Source of the DNA: Lama glama | Taxonomy: Eukaryota | Length of the DNA stretch: 64,000 bases | Reading direction: 5' to 3' | Assembly (NCBI GenBank): GCA_028534125.1 | Contig: CM052818.1 | Coordinates: 40,364,001-40,428,000, forward strand | Shown: piece by piece, positions 36,661-47,874 of the stretch | Position numbering within the stretch: position 1 is the stretch's first letter | Layout of the letters: every line of letters starts with the position of its first letter | Position numbers and translations under genes: made by a program | The notes under the pieces: model-generated | Databases searched by the model: none | Seen by the model: the letters and a program-made list of their open reading frames with translations, nothing else | What the model was told of the DNA's origin: nothing

Positions 36661-39269
36661 AAAAAGTGCTTTTCCCTAGAATAGGACCTTTTTAATAATT
36701 GTGTCTTAGAGGTTTAACGAAGTCTGAAATATTATTTTGAACAAAAATCAAAATGTAAAATAGAGATGGCGTTTTATAAGTTACAGGGTACTGAAGAGGA
36801 TGGGGTCGTGAGAGTGGAAAGCTTGGAGATAAAGTTCTTAAAACTACTGCCTGTTTCCCTAGGAAACCACCCGTGGTAACTTCCAGGCCTTGTTACTTCC
36901 TTCACTTGTCAACTTAAACATGGAAATGGGTATGTTATTTAAAGCCATGTCAGCAAAGATGCGTGTCAATGGTGTTTCTCATTTGTTTTAAAATTCCGTC
37001 ATTGTTTCCAAAATCCCTCCAGAGAATCTCCCACACCAAAAATTAAACTCAAGCAAAGTTTTGCTTTTTGCAATTTAGCAGTTTTGGAGTCTTTTTTTTT
37101 TTTTTCCGTGCATGGGCGACACTCCACGCCATCCCACTTCACCCTAAATTGAGTTTGAGGCGTTTTTGTTTTCACTCTTGCATAACATGAAAACGAGTGA
37201 ACACGTTTTACTCAAAATTTCCATCTACAAGTTTCCTAAGTGGTGTGAAAAATCCTGGAAAATCTCGGAGCAAAAGAGGACGCTGGGAGAAATCAGGACA
37301 AGTGGAAACAGCAGTGAGGGATGGAACCAAATGTCTGTGTCCACACAACTGACGTTTCCCAAAAAGATGTCCTCTCTCCAGTGAGGCTGGGCTTCTGGGG
37401 CAAGAGCAGGGTGCTCAGCTCGGTCAGCAGAGACTGTCATGAATCTCCCCTGCGCCCAGCCAGCACCTGACACACGTCTGCTTTGTCCCTTGGGGATGCT
37501 AAGCCCAGTGCCTACACCTGTAATATGTATAACATGGTCCACATTCCATGAAAATAGTGTCCCCCCGAAAGTATTGGCTCTAAAATTAAAAAAGCCAACT
37601 GGAAAACTGAAGCCAATATGGTCAATTAAATATCGACAAGACAGACCATTATGTTACCTAGTGATACAGAACCCAATTCATATGTACATACACACACACA
37701 CGTGTTTGTGAAGGGGCACCCATGCATAAATGCGCATGTGTACACAAAAGCCCGCTGAGATGTGGGCACCCCCTAATACGTTTATTGTAACATGGCTTGG
37801 GCCTCTGAAAGTGTGATCTTAGAACAGCCCTGTCCATAATGCAAACATTTCAATTCATTATTCTTTCATTCAGATGCATAAACTACGTACCAAGTGTGTG
37901 TCACTTAAAGAAAGGCAAGCAGGCTTCCCTTTATGAACAGTTCTTGAAATTATGTTCCTCGCCTTCAAAGAACTCAAAAATATGATTGAGGTGGCCAGTC
38001 ATTACTGAGCAAGATAAATCAGGGTATAATTTTTAAAAGATACTCAGAAACTGATATAAACAGGAAAGAGAGAGAGATGGGGGTGATTCTGGGACTACCA
38101 TTAAAAAAAACCTCAAAAAAAAAAAAACCCTAAACAGCTGGATCTTGGGTTAGGTCTCACAGGAGGACTGAAGAGGTGGGTAAAGGAGGTGAGGGTGTGT
38201 GAGAGAATGGAGAGAAGGGCACGAAAGGAAGAGGAAGGGTCTTGGGAGCAAGGGCCACAGCCTAAGTGTCTTTGTGTAACTGAGTGTGCAGATTCACAGA
38301 CGATGCTGTAAACAGGTTTATGCTGGTGAGAGCTGCAGTGTTCAATTATGTGACTGTTAGTTATTTAACACTTCATCGGTGAATATTTTCTCTCCCCACC
38401 TATATAGTCAAGATAACAGTGGATTCCAGAATGAGCTGCCGGTAATGGGCCTCCAACAAAGAAGCTGCCAAGATCTGAGATTTGTTTCCCTTCCCACAAC
38501 TAAAATGAGAATGTGTTCAGGGTCCAAACAAGCTGCTTCTTTGTCCCTCCCGGGAGGTCCTCAGAAATCCTTCCGTGAGCGATTTCCAACAGAGTGGTCA
38601 GTTCAGGCATCGTGACGTCAGGACAGGAAGAGACATTTGAGGGACTTCTCAAAAAGCCCTTCTGTTGGTAAAACTTCTCTTGTTGTCCTTTTTTCTGCAG
38701 TGATTCCTTTATCTTCAAAATGAAGAGTAAAGAGATCATTTCCTCTTCTAAGCTAAGCCTACATTTTGCCTATGTTCTTATGTAATGATACCCCATTCCT
38801 TGTGTTCAGGTAATTTCAGGTCACATTTGAATCCCCGGGCTGGACTGTGAGTTCTGTGAGCAAACAGGTGGTGACGGAGGGTCCCCCAGAAACTTACACA
38901 CTGTCTAGCCACTAGCAGGTATTCTGTGAGAGGAGTAATCACACACACAAACACACACAAATCATATGAACAAATGGAATAAATAAAAATATACACCTCT
39001 CTAAATTATTTCATACATACATATATAAACATGTAGAAAGAGAGTTCAAGTTGATAGGACTTTCTCCAGAAGTCAGACATAAAATTTCTCTCATTTGTAC
39101 AACTAGGCATAACTCCAGCATCTCTCCAGGGCAGACATTGTTGCCGTGAACCCCTGTTTGCAAATACCCATCCTGAGCACGATAAGTGAACCTCTATTTC
39201 AAATAGCAGGAGTAAGTTTTCATTCCCCGATCTCCAATCGCAGAGATGGAGGTTAATGTTGTGTGGAAG

Positions 39270-40210
39270 GAGAAAAACTGGATCAAAGAATACAAAGTCT
39301 AAATCCAGCTCCTCCAGGAAACGGCTCTGCGATTCTGAGAAGCCACGCGTTCCCCTGGAAGATGAACTTCTCTGCAGACTTACAGCACTAATCCTCTCAC
39401 GGTAGCACTTGTGGTGAGGACAGTGCACGTGAGGGCGCCTGCCAATTAGCATTATTTAAAAATGTAAAAGAAAATACAATTTTTGTCTCAGATTCAGAAT
39501 TCTTTACTCCCATAACACTCTCCAAAGCATTATATGGACAAAGAAGGAACACTTTCTACAGATCGAAAACCATGCAAAGGACTCCACGCCCAGAGGTTAC
39601 CTCTCCTATTTGAATGGCTTCGTCTCGAACTTTCCTTCATCCTGAGTGTAAACTCAGTGGCTTTTAGAAATAAAAGAGATCACCTAGTCCAACCCATGAC
39701 TGTTTCCTGAGGAAGAAACAAAGGCTTGATAAAAAAAAAAAGTGGCTTGTCCAAGTTCACAAGGTGAGATTCCTTATCTGGGGATCTGAACGTGCCCCGA
39801 CTCCTCACACACCCTTCTCCTGGGTCTCACTGTCCTCGGGAGAAATCAGTGTCATGTTCCTGCATCTGAAGTTGTTTCTTCATGGCTTCCGGTAAGAACC
39901 TTCCTGGATGAATCAGATGTATGCCTAGGGTTTTGTGCGGAGGAAGCTGAGACAAATACTCTTTCGCTTTCTGACTCTAACCCTTGTCCCAGGTGCATCT
40001 CCCTAACCACATTCAACTTACTTGCTTTGCAATTATCAAAAGCCATTCAGATCTTTAAGTTAGTTTATTTTATAAAATGGAGGGAATTTATATTAATCAA
40101 TAGAGTTGTGCTGAGGGCCATGAATTGAGCGTATATTTGCAAAGCATTTAGCACATCACTTGGTCTGTAGTTAGCTATTCAATGAATGTTGCTGTTCTAT
40201 CGTAATAGTA
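39270..40210. mobile_element. Cluster of three degenerate MIRs (about 39270-39460 +, 39650-39800 -, 40060-40210 +)
   Basis: gagatcacctagtccaaccc...gaggaagaaacaaaggc...cttgtccaagttcac; tttataaaatgga...gttgtgctgagg...aaagcatttagcac. Confidence 0.6.
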
Positions 40211-41014
40211 TGATTAAGCGGTTTCACATCATAGTTAATTCACGGTTCTCTGCTTTATCTAATGATGGGATAGTTAATTAAATTCCTGAAATAGGTAGAA
40301 AAACCCAACCAAAAAAAAAAAAAGACAAATTTCTTGTGAGTAATTTGGTCTAATTTTGATCAACTCCTAAGGTTTTTTTTTTTTAAATTGTTTAAGGCTA
40401 ACCTCTAAGTGCCACTATGATTATACAAAAGCATAGAAAGCACATTTTGGATTCATAAATGCTTGAAAATAAGCTAGAAGTGGGAAACAAGATATATTAT
40501 GACAACAAACACAACTATAGTAGTAATTTTCTACAAAACTGTGAGAAAAGTTCAAAATCTGAATATATGAAATAATATTCTACCCACATACAATACAGGA
40601 AATGTAGTAGACAAAAATTCACAATGGTCAACTTTGGATAAACCACCCAGAGATGAAGAAGGATTCTTTAAGCACCTACATGGCTGTTCCCAGAAAGCAG
40701 AGGGAATCACAGTCTACCGGAGAGTCCCCAGTACCACTGGGAAGTATTGTCACACACCCTGAATTATGTATCCCCAGTGGCATGTCACGCATGGCCCTGG
40801 AGGAAGAACATTAGTTAGACTACAAGGAACAGACTCACTTATGTTCCTGGCACTGACACGTAAGAACCAGTGTTTCTCAGAGATGAGAAATGAATATGAA
40901 AGAAGGGAAGGAAAACAGCTGCCATATAACCCCCATGGAGTCAGATACATGCTTTGGTTTATAGCATCTACATTGAAGAATAAAGTATTTCTTTCTAGGG
41001 TCTTTGCTTTCAAT

Positions 41015-41700
41015 ATTTTTTAATTAAGATTTTACCTTTTTAAGATCAGTTTTAGGTTCACAGCAAAATTGAGGGAAAAGTACAGAGATTTCTCGTATGG
41101 CCCCTGTCCCCACACATACATAGCCTTCTGGGTTGTCAACATCCCTCACCAGAGGGTGCATTTGTTACAACTGATGAACCTATGCTGACACATCATAGTC
41201 ACACGAAGTCCAAAGTTCAGTTACGGAGTTCACTCTTGGTGTTGTTCATTCTATGGGTTGGACCTACGTATGGTTTGGACTTATGTATAATGACACGTAT
41301 CTACTATAGTATCATACAGGGTAGTCTCTTTACCCTCAAAAGCCTCTGTGCTCTGCATATTCAAACTTCCCTCACCCCAACCCCTGGACAACCATTGATC
41401 TTCTTACTGTCTCCATAGTTTTGACTTTTCCAGAATGTCATATAGTTGGAACCATACCGTGTGTAGCCTTTTCAAATTGGCTTCTTTCCCCTAGCAATAT
41501 GCATTTCAGATCCCTCCCTGTCTTTTCAGGTCTTGATAGTGAGCTGAATAATAATGCCATTGTCTGGAGGTACCACTCAAGCTGTTCACCTACTAGAGGA
41601 CATCTTGCTTGCCTCCAGGTTTAGGGAATTATGAATAAAGTTTGTGTAGACATCTATGTGCAGGTTTTTGTGTCGGCATAAGTTTTCGACTCCTTTGAGC
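41015..41700 (-). mobile_element. L1MC1/2-like 3' end
   Basis: cagttttaggttcacagcaaaattgagggaaaagtacagagatt...tttccagaatgtcatatagttggaaccata. Confidence 0.9.
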
Positions 41701-41769
41701 AAACCTTGCTTGAAATTAAGAGAATGCATACAATAGTACTTTACTTTTCTTAGCGCATTGTCTTAGGAA

Positions 41770-42300
41770 CAGTTTGTGTACGTATAACAAAAACAACAAA
41801 TAATTCCGGAAGCTTTAGCGAGGCGTAATTTTATTTGTGTGTTTATCTATTGCATAGAAAAAGTAAGTAGTCTGGGATCAGTATAACAGCTCTGAGGTCA
41901 TCAGAAGCTTAGTCTAATTCTTCCTATTTTCCACTTTCATTAGCATATAGCCTTTAGCCTCAAGGGTACCTCATGTTCAGAGGATGTGAACTGCGGTTCT
42001 CACCATCCCATCCAAATGCCGGGAAGCAAGAAGAAGAAGCAATAGCCCAGATCGTTGCATCTCTCAGCTGAGCAGGCCCCAGAGCCTTCTGGGACAATCT
42101 CCCCCAGCCACACTACCAATGGCTTGACTTGCCTTGTGTATCTTATTGGCCACTTATAGTTCCAGAGTAGACTGAGAAGCCTAACCCTTCAGAGTAGACT
42201 GAGAAGCCTAACCCTTCAGCCTAACCCACTGCTACGCTAAATAGTCAGGCATTTGTTTGCAAAGCAGAGGGAGAGAATGAATATTACACAGCATCTACAA
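41770..42300 (-). mobile_element. Degenerate old MLT1 LTR
   Basis: gcctcaagggtacctcatg...ccatcccatccaaatgccgggaagcaagaag...ttattggccac. Confidence 0.45.
42163..42216. repeat. Perfect 27-bp tandem duplication
   Basis: cagagtagactgagaagcctaaccctt x2. Confidence 0.95.
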
Positions 42301-42399
42301 TTGTGCTTCCCAGCTCACGTTCAACTGAACTGGTTGATGTGATTCTCTGGGGCCAGAGATGCAATTTATTTCATTTTCACAAAAAGTAGTATTTCTGGC

Positions 42400-43000
42400 C
42401 AACATTTGTACACTGATTTACAGTTTACAAAGAATTATCATATATATCATCATTTGCTTCTCACAGCAATGAAGGGAAGTAAATATTCTGTGGACGTTAT
42501 CAAAGAATGAAATGAGCTCGGAAAAGCTTAGCCCCTTGCGCAAGGCTAACCAGTTCGTAAAGTGATGCAACAAGATTTAAACCAGATCTAGCTGACTCCA
42601 CAGCCCATGTCCTTTGTCTGGAAATTGATTAACAGGCTGTCAGTTCTCCCTAATTATTTTTTAACTAGTGAGTTATGATTTTCCATTTATCCCATCCTTT
42701 AGTTGTAGTCAACGGTTTCTTTTTAGAGGGGTCTAAAGATCAAAATTATTTAATTTAGGGTAGAGAGAGGAGGGAGTGGAAATTCAAACAGGAAAGGAAA
42801 CTAACTCTTGCAAGCATTATTTACAAAGTTCTTTCCAAACGCACGCCCTCGTTTTACCCTGACATCAGCCCTGATGAGTAGGTAACACTATTCTGCAGGT
42901 GAGGAAACTGAGAACCGAGGGGTAATGAAATTCCTGTAAACTCACCCTGTTGGTCGGTGACAGATGGGGCTTGAATGCAGCTCTTTCTGACTTCCCATCT
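42400..43000 (-). mobile_element. Two MIR SINEs (about 42400-42620 and 42820-43000)
   Basis: gatttaaaccagatctagctgactccacagcccatg; gcaggtgaggaaactgagaacc. Confidence 0.65.
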
Positions 43001-43355
43001 TACAACTACTCTTCAAAGTGTCGGATAAGGTGATGCATATTCCATGGGATGAACTTCAAGATCATATGATTTAAAAAAATTATAATCTCGGGACTCACAC
43101 TCATATATCTCCATAGTCTATGGCCATAGCATATTTTCTCAAGATCTGCAAATCAAAACAATCTTGATATCCTCTAACAATGAAAGAATTTGACTATTGA
43201 TTGATTATCATAACAGAGGAGCGGGATTGCATGAAACCTACAAAGAAACCCAAATCTGTGTCCTGAACAACGGCTAAAGCATGTGATATTCTTAATGTCT
43301 TCCAGACCATTAAAAAAACAAACAAAGAAGAGTCCTTTCTTGAGAATCATTAAAA

Positions 43356-43564
43356 CAATGGTTCTCAACAAGGGGTGATTTTGTACCCAGGGGGACATTT
43401 GGTAATGTCTGGAGACATTTTTGGTTGTCACAACTGGGGGTGCAACTGGAATCTGGTGGGTAGAAGCCAAGGATATTAATCATCCTACACCACACACGAC
43501 AGCCTCCACAGCAAAGAATTATCTACTCCCCAAATGCCAGTAGGCCTGAGGTTGAGAAAACCCA
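43356..43564 (+). mobile_element. Complete MER20 hAT-Charlie element
   Basis: caatggttctcaac...ggggacatttggtaatgtctggagacatttttggttgtcacaactggggg...aaagaattatc...gaggttgagaaaaccc; 8-bp TSD cattaaaa / aattaaaa. Confidence 0.95.
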
Positions 43565-44109
43565 AATTAAAATAATCTGCTGGGGTTTTAATGCTTTTTC
43601 TTTTAATTTTAAGTTGCTATACTGCACAGAGACCTGAAGGGTGGAGGTGTGAGGGCTTCCATGAACAATGAATTCTATATTCTAAGCAGTCACAAAACCA
43701 GAATTCTCGTATAGGGTTCACTAGCGCATGCAGGAGGGGCGTGCTAGGATCTTTGGGAGACCGGTCCCTCCTAAGGGCCCCACCACATTTTTAGCAGTCA
43801 AGGCTGGTCTTTTCAGAGCTGTCCTTTCTGTGTTTCCTGATGGCTAATAGTTGAGTTTCCTCCTTTGTGGTGGCACTGGGACTAATTGTATGTATGCACT
43901 TCTCTGTGCATTGCGATTCTAATCTCGCTGTGTCTGTTTTGGATAATTCAGTCCCAAAGTCTACATGTGACAGAACATAGAGGTAGGCTGAGTTTCAGGT
44001 CTCCCCCAAATGCATTTGTCCCCTCCCCTGTCCCACACTGCTTCTCTAGATGGCCCTGGCTGTCTTAATCTGGGAGAAAAAGGGGTATAGCTATATGACA
44101 CTGCATTTG

Positions 44110-44320
44110 TAGAAGATCTATGGAACTTGGATTCATACTAACCCACATCCAGTCTTATCTATCTTCTGGCTATGTACCCTTGGGCAGTTTTTAACCTCCT
44201 CTGAACCCCACAGTTATCATCCATAAAATGCAAATAATTTTACCCTCCTCACGAGTTGTGGTGAGAATTAAATATGATAGTATATCTTTAAAATTGTTTT
44301 ATAATTTACAAAGAACTATT
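44110..44320 (+). mobile_element. MIR SINE
   Basis: ggctatgtacccttgggcagtttttaacctcctctgaacc...catccataaaatg...gttgtggtgagaattaaatatga. Confidence 0.8.
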
Positions 44321-45029
44321 ACAATAGATTAAGACCCTCACAGACCATTTGCAAAGAAGGTTTGAAGGGATGTGTGAGGTCAAAGCAGCTAGCTGTGTTT
44401 CTAGTTTATTTGTTCTTTTGACCAAGTCAACTTTATGTACCATAATGTGGAGCGCCTGCCCTCCCTCAACTGAAGGAAGAGGACTATTCTGTGAAATCTG
44501 TTAATTTAAACGCTTTCTTCTTCTTCTTCTTTTTTTTTTTTTTTTGTAGGGCGGGTGGTTAGAGAGAGCGCAATAACTTTTTCCTCAAACAAACAAATGC
44601 AAGAAATAAAACAACGGCCGGTTTTTAAAAGTTGATGGCCTTGGGGTACATCTGATCGTGAGTGGTGCCTTTAGCATCTCTTGGCAGATAAGAATTTGTC
44701 AATTGAGAAACACCAGACTGACCTTGGCTCCGTGTTACCAAACTCAAATAGGACACCACTCTGAGTGGGAGGGCAGTCCTCTTCCAAGGGAAGAGGGGTG
44801 CTAAGGAGGGTTTCCAGGGGAAAACACTTCAGACACTGGATTCTTTAAAGATTTCTGAAAGTTGAGGTTTCCATAAAGGTCTGATTCATTTCAAGACTCT
44901 ACTGTTTCTGGTCCATGTCAGAGTTACAGATCACCCACAGCAAGAAGGAGGCTGATGTCTGAAGTGCAGTGACATGTGTCAAGGATCCAGAAAGAGCAGC
45001 CTGAGGGCAGATTTATATGTCTTTCCTCT

Positions 45030-45200
45030 TTGCTTCCTGTCACTTGTGCCTTACAACTGACCATCTGTGTTATTGTCTATTTTCATGTCACTCTTCTCCA
45101 TGAGACTGTGAACCTCCTGGGGACAGAGAGTGAATCTTATTTATTCATTTAATGACAGTGCTTTGCATGTCATGTCTATTATGTAGATTGTGCTTAATGA
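45030..45200 (+). mobile_element. L2 3' end
   Basis: agactgtgaacctcctggggacagagagtgaatcttatttattc...cagtgctttgcat. Confidence 0.6.
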
Positions 45201-46109
45201 AGAAGAGAGGAAGAAGGAATAAAGAAAAGAAGGAAGGAAGGAAGACGGAAGCATAGAGGTCATTTGCCCGAGTTTGATCTAGCAATAACAAAATACAATC
45301 TTTTAGTTCAATGAAGTTCCTCAGGTAAATTTATCACTTTAAATAATTGTCTGTTCATGATGAAGCATAAACCAGACTTGACTTCTGCATGAGTTGCCCA
45401 GGACCTGGTTCAGCATCATCAGGAGCCTCACCTGCCCTGGGTCACCTTCCCACCGGCTCTGCCTGGATCACCTGGCTCTCCAGGCTTCCTCACAAACCAG
45501 CTCCTCTCACATCCTTGCTCATTTGCTTATGTGTGTGGGGGTCCCATTTCTCTGTCCCCATTTGAATATAATGATTCAGTCCCGGACACTGTAGCTGCAA
45601 TCTGACAAGAAACCCCGAAGGACACTGCTCCTGATCACAGTGCAGGTGTTCACTCCTCTCCTCGGGCTTCCGGGGTACACAGTCCTGCCTGGGAGCCCAG
45701 GTTCCCAGACATCTTCCCCTTCGAAAGGGAATCAGACAGTAATATCTCAAACAAGGTCCCTCACCAGGCAAGACCTATGAAATGCTGGAAGTTTATTTCT
45801 ACATCAAGGCACATCTGAAGCCAGCACAGACAGAAAATTATCCAGCTCCCCTAATTTTCAGTTGATTCACCCTATGAAGGGAGGTTAAAGGTTGCTATAA
45901 ACTGGTTAATAGATGTGCTGTCTCTCTATGGCTGGTATTTTATTTGTGGCTGTTCTTTGTGGGCACAAACACGCAATCCCAGAACCTCCCTTCCACCAAT
46001 CATCAGAGTGCCGCTTTGGACACCCTGTTCTATTGTATCTTGAAAGCTATCAGATGACCCAATTATAAAATGCAAATCCATCTGAAGGGAGCACTGAAGT
46101 ATCATTTTT

Positions 46110-46500
46110 GTGTGTGTAGACTAGGCTGAGATAACAACAAAGCCCACATATGAAGCACTCAACACAGCAGCAGTTTATCTCTCAATCACTTAATGTCCTG
46201 GGATGGTTTCAAGTCTGTGAATAGTGAGGGAAGGGGGTCTCTGCTCCATGGGGTCATTCGAGGACTCCAGGATGAGAGCAGGTCTGCAGCTGTCAAGTTG
46301 GTGCTTGCAAAGTTACCCTGAGGGGATCCCAACCCCAGTCAGCCTTAAAGACAAGAAGACATGGAGGAGCAAAACTGAGAGGAAGCAGCCCTCGTGATTT
46401 CATTGGCTAGAGCTCAGTCACATGCTCACAGGGAACACAAGGGAATCTGGGAGATGCAGTCAGGGTCTGCGCTCGGGAAAAATGGGAAAAGAGATATGGG
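46110..46500 (-). mobile_element. Old MLT1 (J/K-like) LTR remnant
   Basis: agactaggctgagataacaacaaagccc...ctctgctccatggggtcattcgaggactccagg...cattggctagagctcagtcacatg. Confidence 0.6.
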
Positions 46501-47774
46501 TGTACAGCTAGTGGCATGCATCACAATAAGCAAATTTCTCTTAAAGGTGAAAGAGGACTGGTTGATTTCCGAAGAAGCCGTGTTTTCTCTGGGAAAATGA
46601 AAGCGGGAAAATGTGTCTAGGGGTTAGGGTGGGTGTGGTACATTGGCGTTGAGTGACTGAAAGAGAAAGAGAGATGGTGGAAAAGACCAGCTTTGCCACC
46701 TCTGATCATCAGCTGGGAGGTAAGCACATTCTCAGGAGGGCTCATTATTGCCACAAAGCTGTGAAGGCAACTCACTTCTTCCTCTTAGCGGGCCATGTAA
46801 TTTGGTGTCTTCTTTGCAATAAGATGAGAAACCAAAGTTGTAGTGGCCGTTTTGGCAAACTTTGCCATGCTGGGGGCCATAAAAGAGAACAGATTGCAGA
46901 TCGAAGGTATTTCCAGGGGTGGGGGTAGTTTGTAATTTAGCAGAGAGAGACTGGTACTCAACAAAGTGGTCTCTGAAAATCTTACTTACGGCACTTTGAA
47001 AAATATGATTTCGATTGGGTGACCCATTTGTGAATATCAGAGAGGTCAAATTCAAACTCAAAAGGAAATTTTGATTTAGTAATTGGAAAACAGTCAAGTG
47101 AATAATGGTAATCACCAAAATTACACAAACCCTTAGCGTGTCCAAAAGCAACGAGCTTGAAACAAATCTGTAAGCACTGGCATATTTTTTTCCTTTCTCT
47201 ACTATTTTCATTCTAAAACTAAGACGTTGGTGGAAAATTCTGTTACCATCTGGGTAAGGCCCCCTGCCAGTCAAGAAAACCTTCATTAATCACTGAGATG
47301 CTCATTCTCTTGTTTAAAGACAATGACCTGCCAGCAGTTACACAGTAATCAGGGCAGAGGTCACGGGATGTTCAGTTTGCAAACTTTCCTTTCTTAAGAA
47401 TGTCTTCACTTCTGGAACCTAAGGCTGCTTTAAGTGAATATGCATGTGTTTATGAGAAAGAAGGAAAGAAAGGAGAATGAATCATAGCTGAGAAGTGATA
47501 TTTATGTTAGGATTTCCCTTTCTTTACAGTTTCAGGTTTTGTCTTAAGCACCTTTGCCTCAGGGGAAGAAGGCATCTCAGCACGTGGTTGGGAGCACACT
47601 GAGTTGCATACTCTCCTATTCCCTTCATCCAGAACATTCTGGGAAAGACACAGTGAGATGAGGAAGACGGGCAGAGGAAGGACTTAGGACCCAGGCAAGA
47701 AGGGAGGTGACTCTCCCTTCACATGGGAGACATTCAGATTTAACTCTTTTTGGTCACCTCGTATGTAAATCAGA

Positions 47775-47874
47775 TTTTTTTTTCTTAATTGAAGTATAGT
47801 CAGTTACACTGTGTCAGTTTCTGGCATACAGCATAATGTCCCAGTCATGCATATACATACATATACTCGTGTTC
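47775..47874 (-). mobile_element. Short camelid/cetartiodactyl-type L1 3' terminus
   Basis: T-tract then attgaagtatagtcagttac...tttctggcatacagcataatgtcccagtcatgcatatacatac; degenerate TSD ending cagattt on both sides. Confidence 0.8.

Noticed and set aside
46732..47286. 184-aa minus-strand ORF, or a 178-nt coding exon at 46990-47167
   Set aside because: No recognisable protein. Two frames are open because this strand is T-rich and A-poor, and the putative acceptor has a purine-rich upstream tract.
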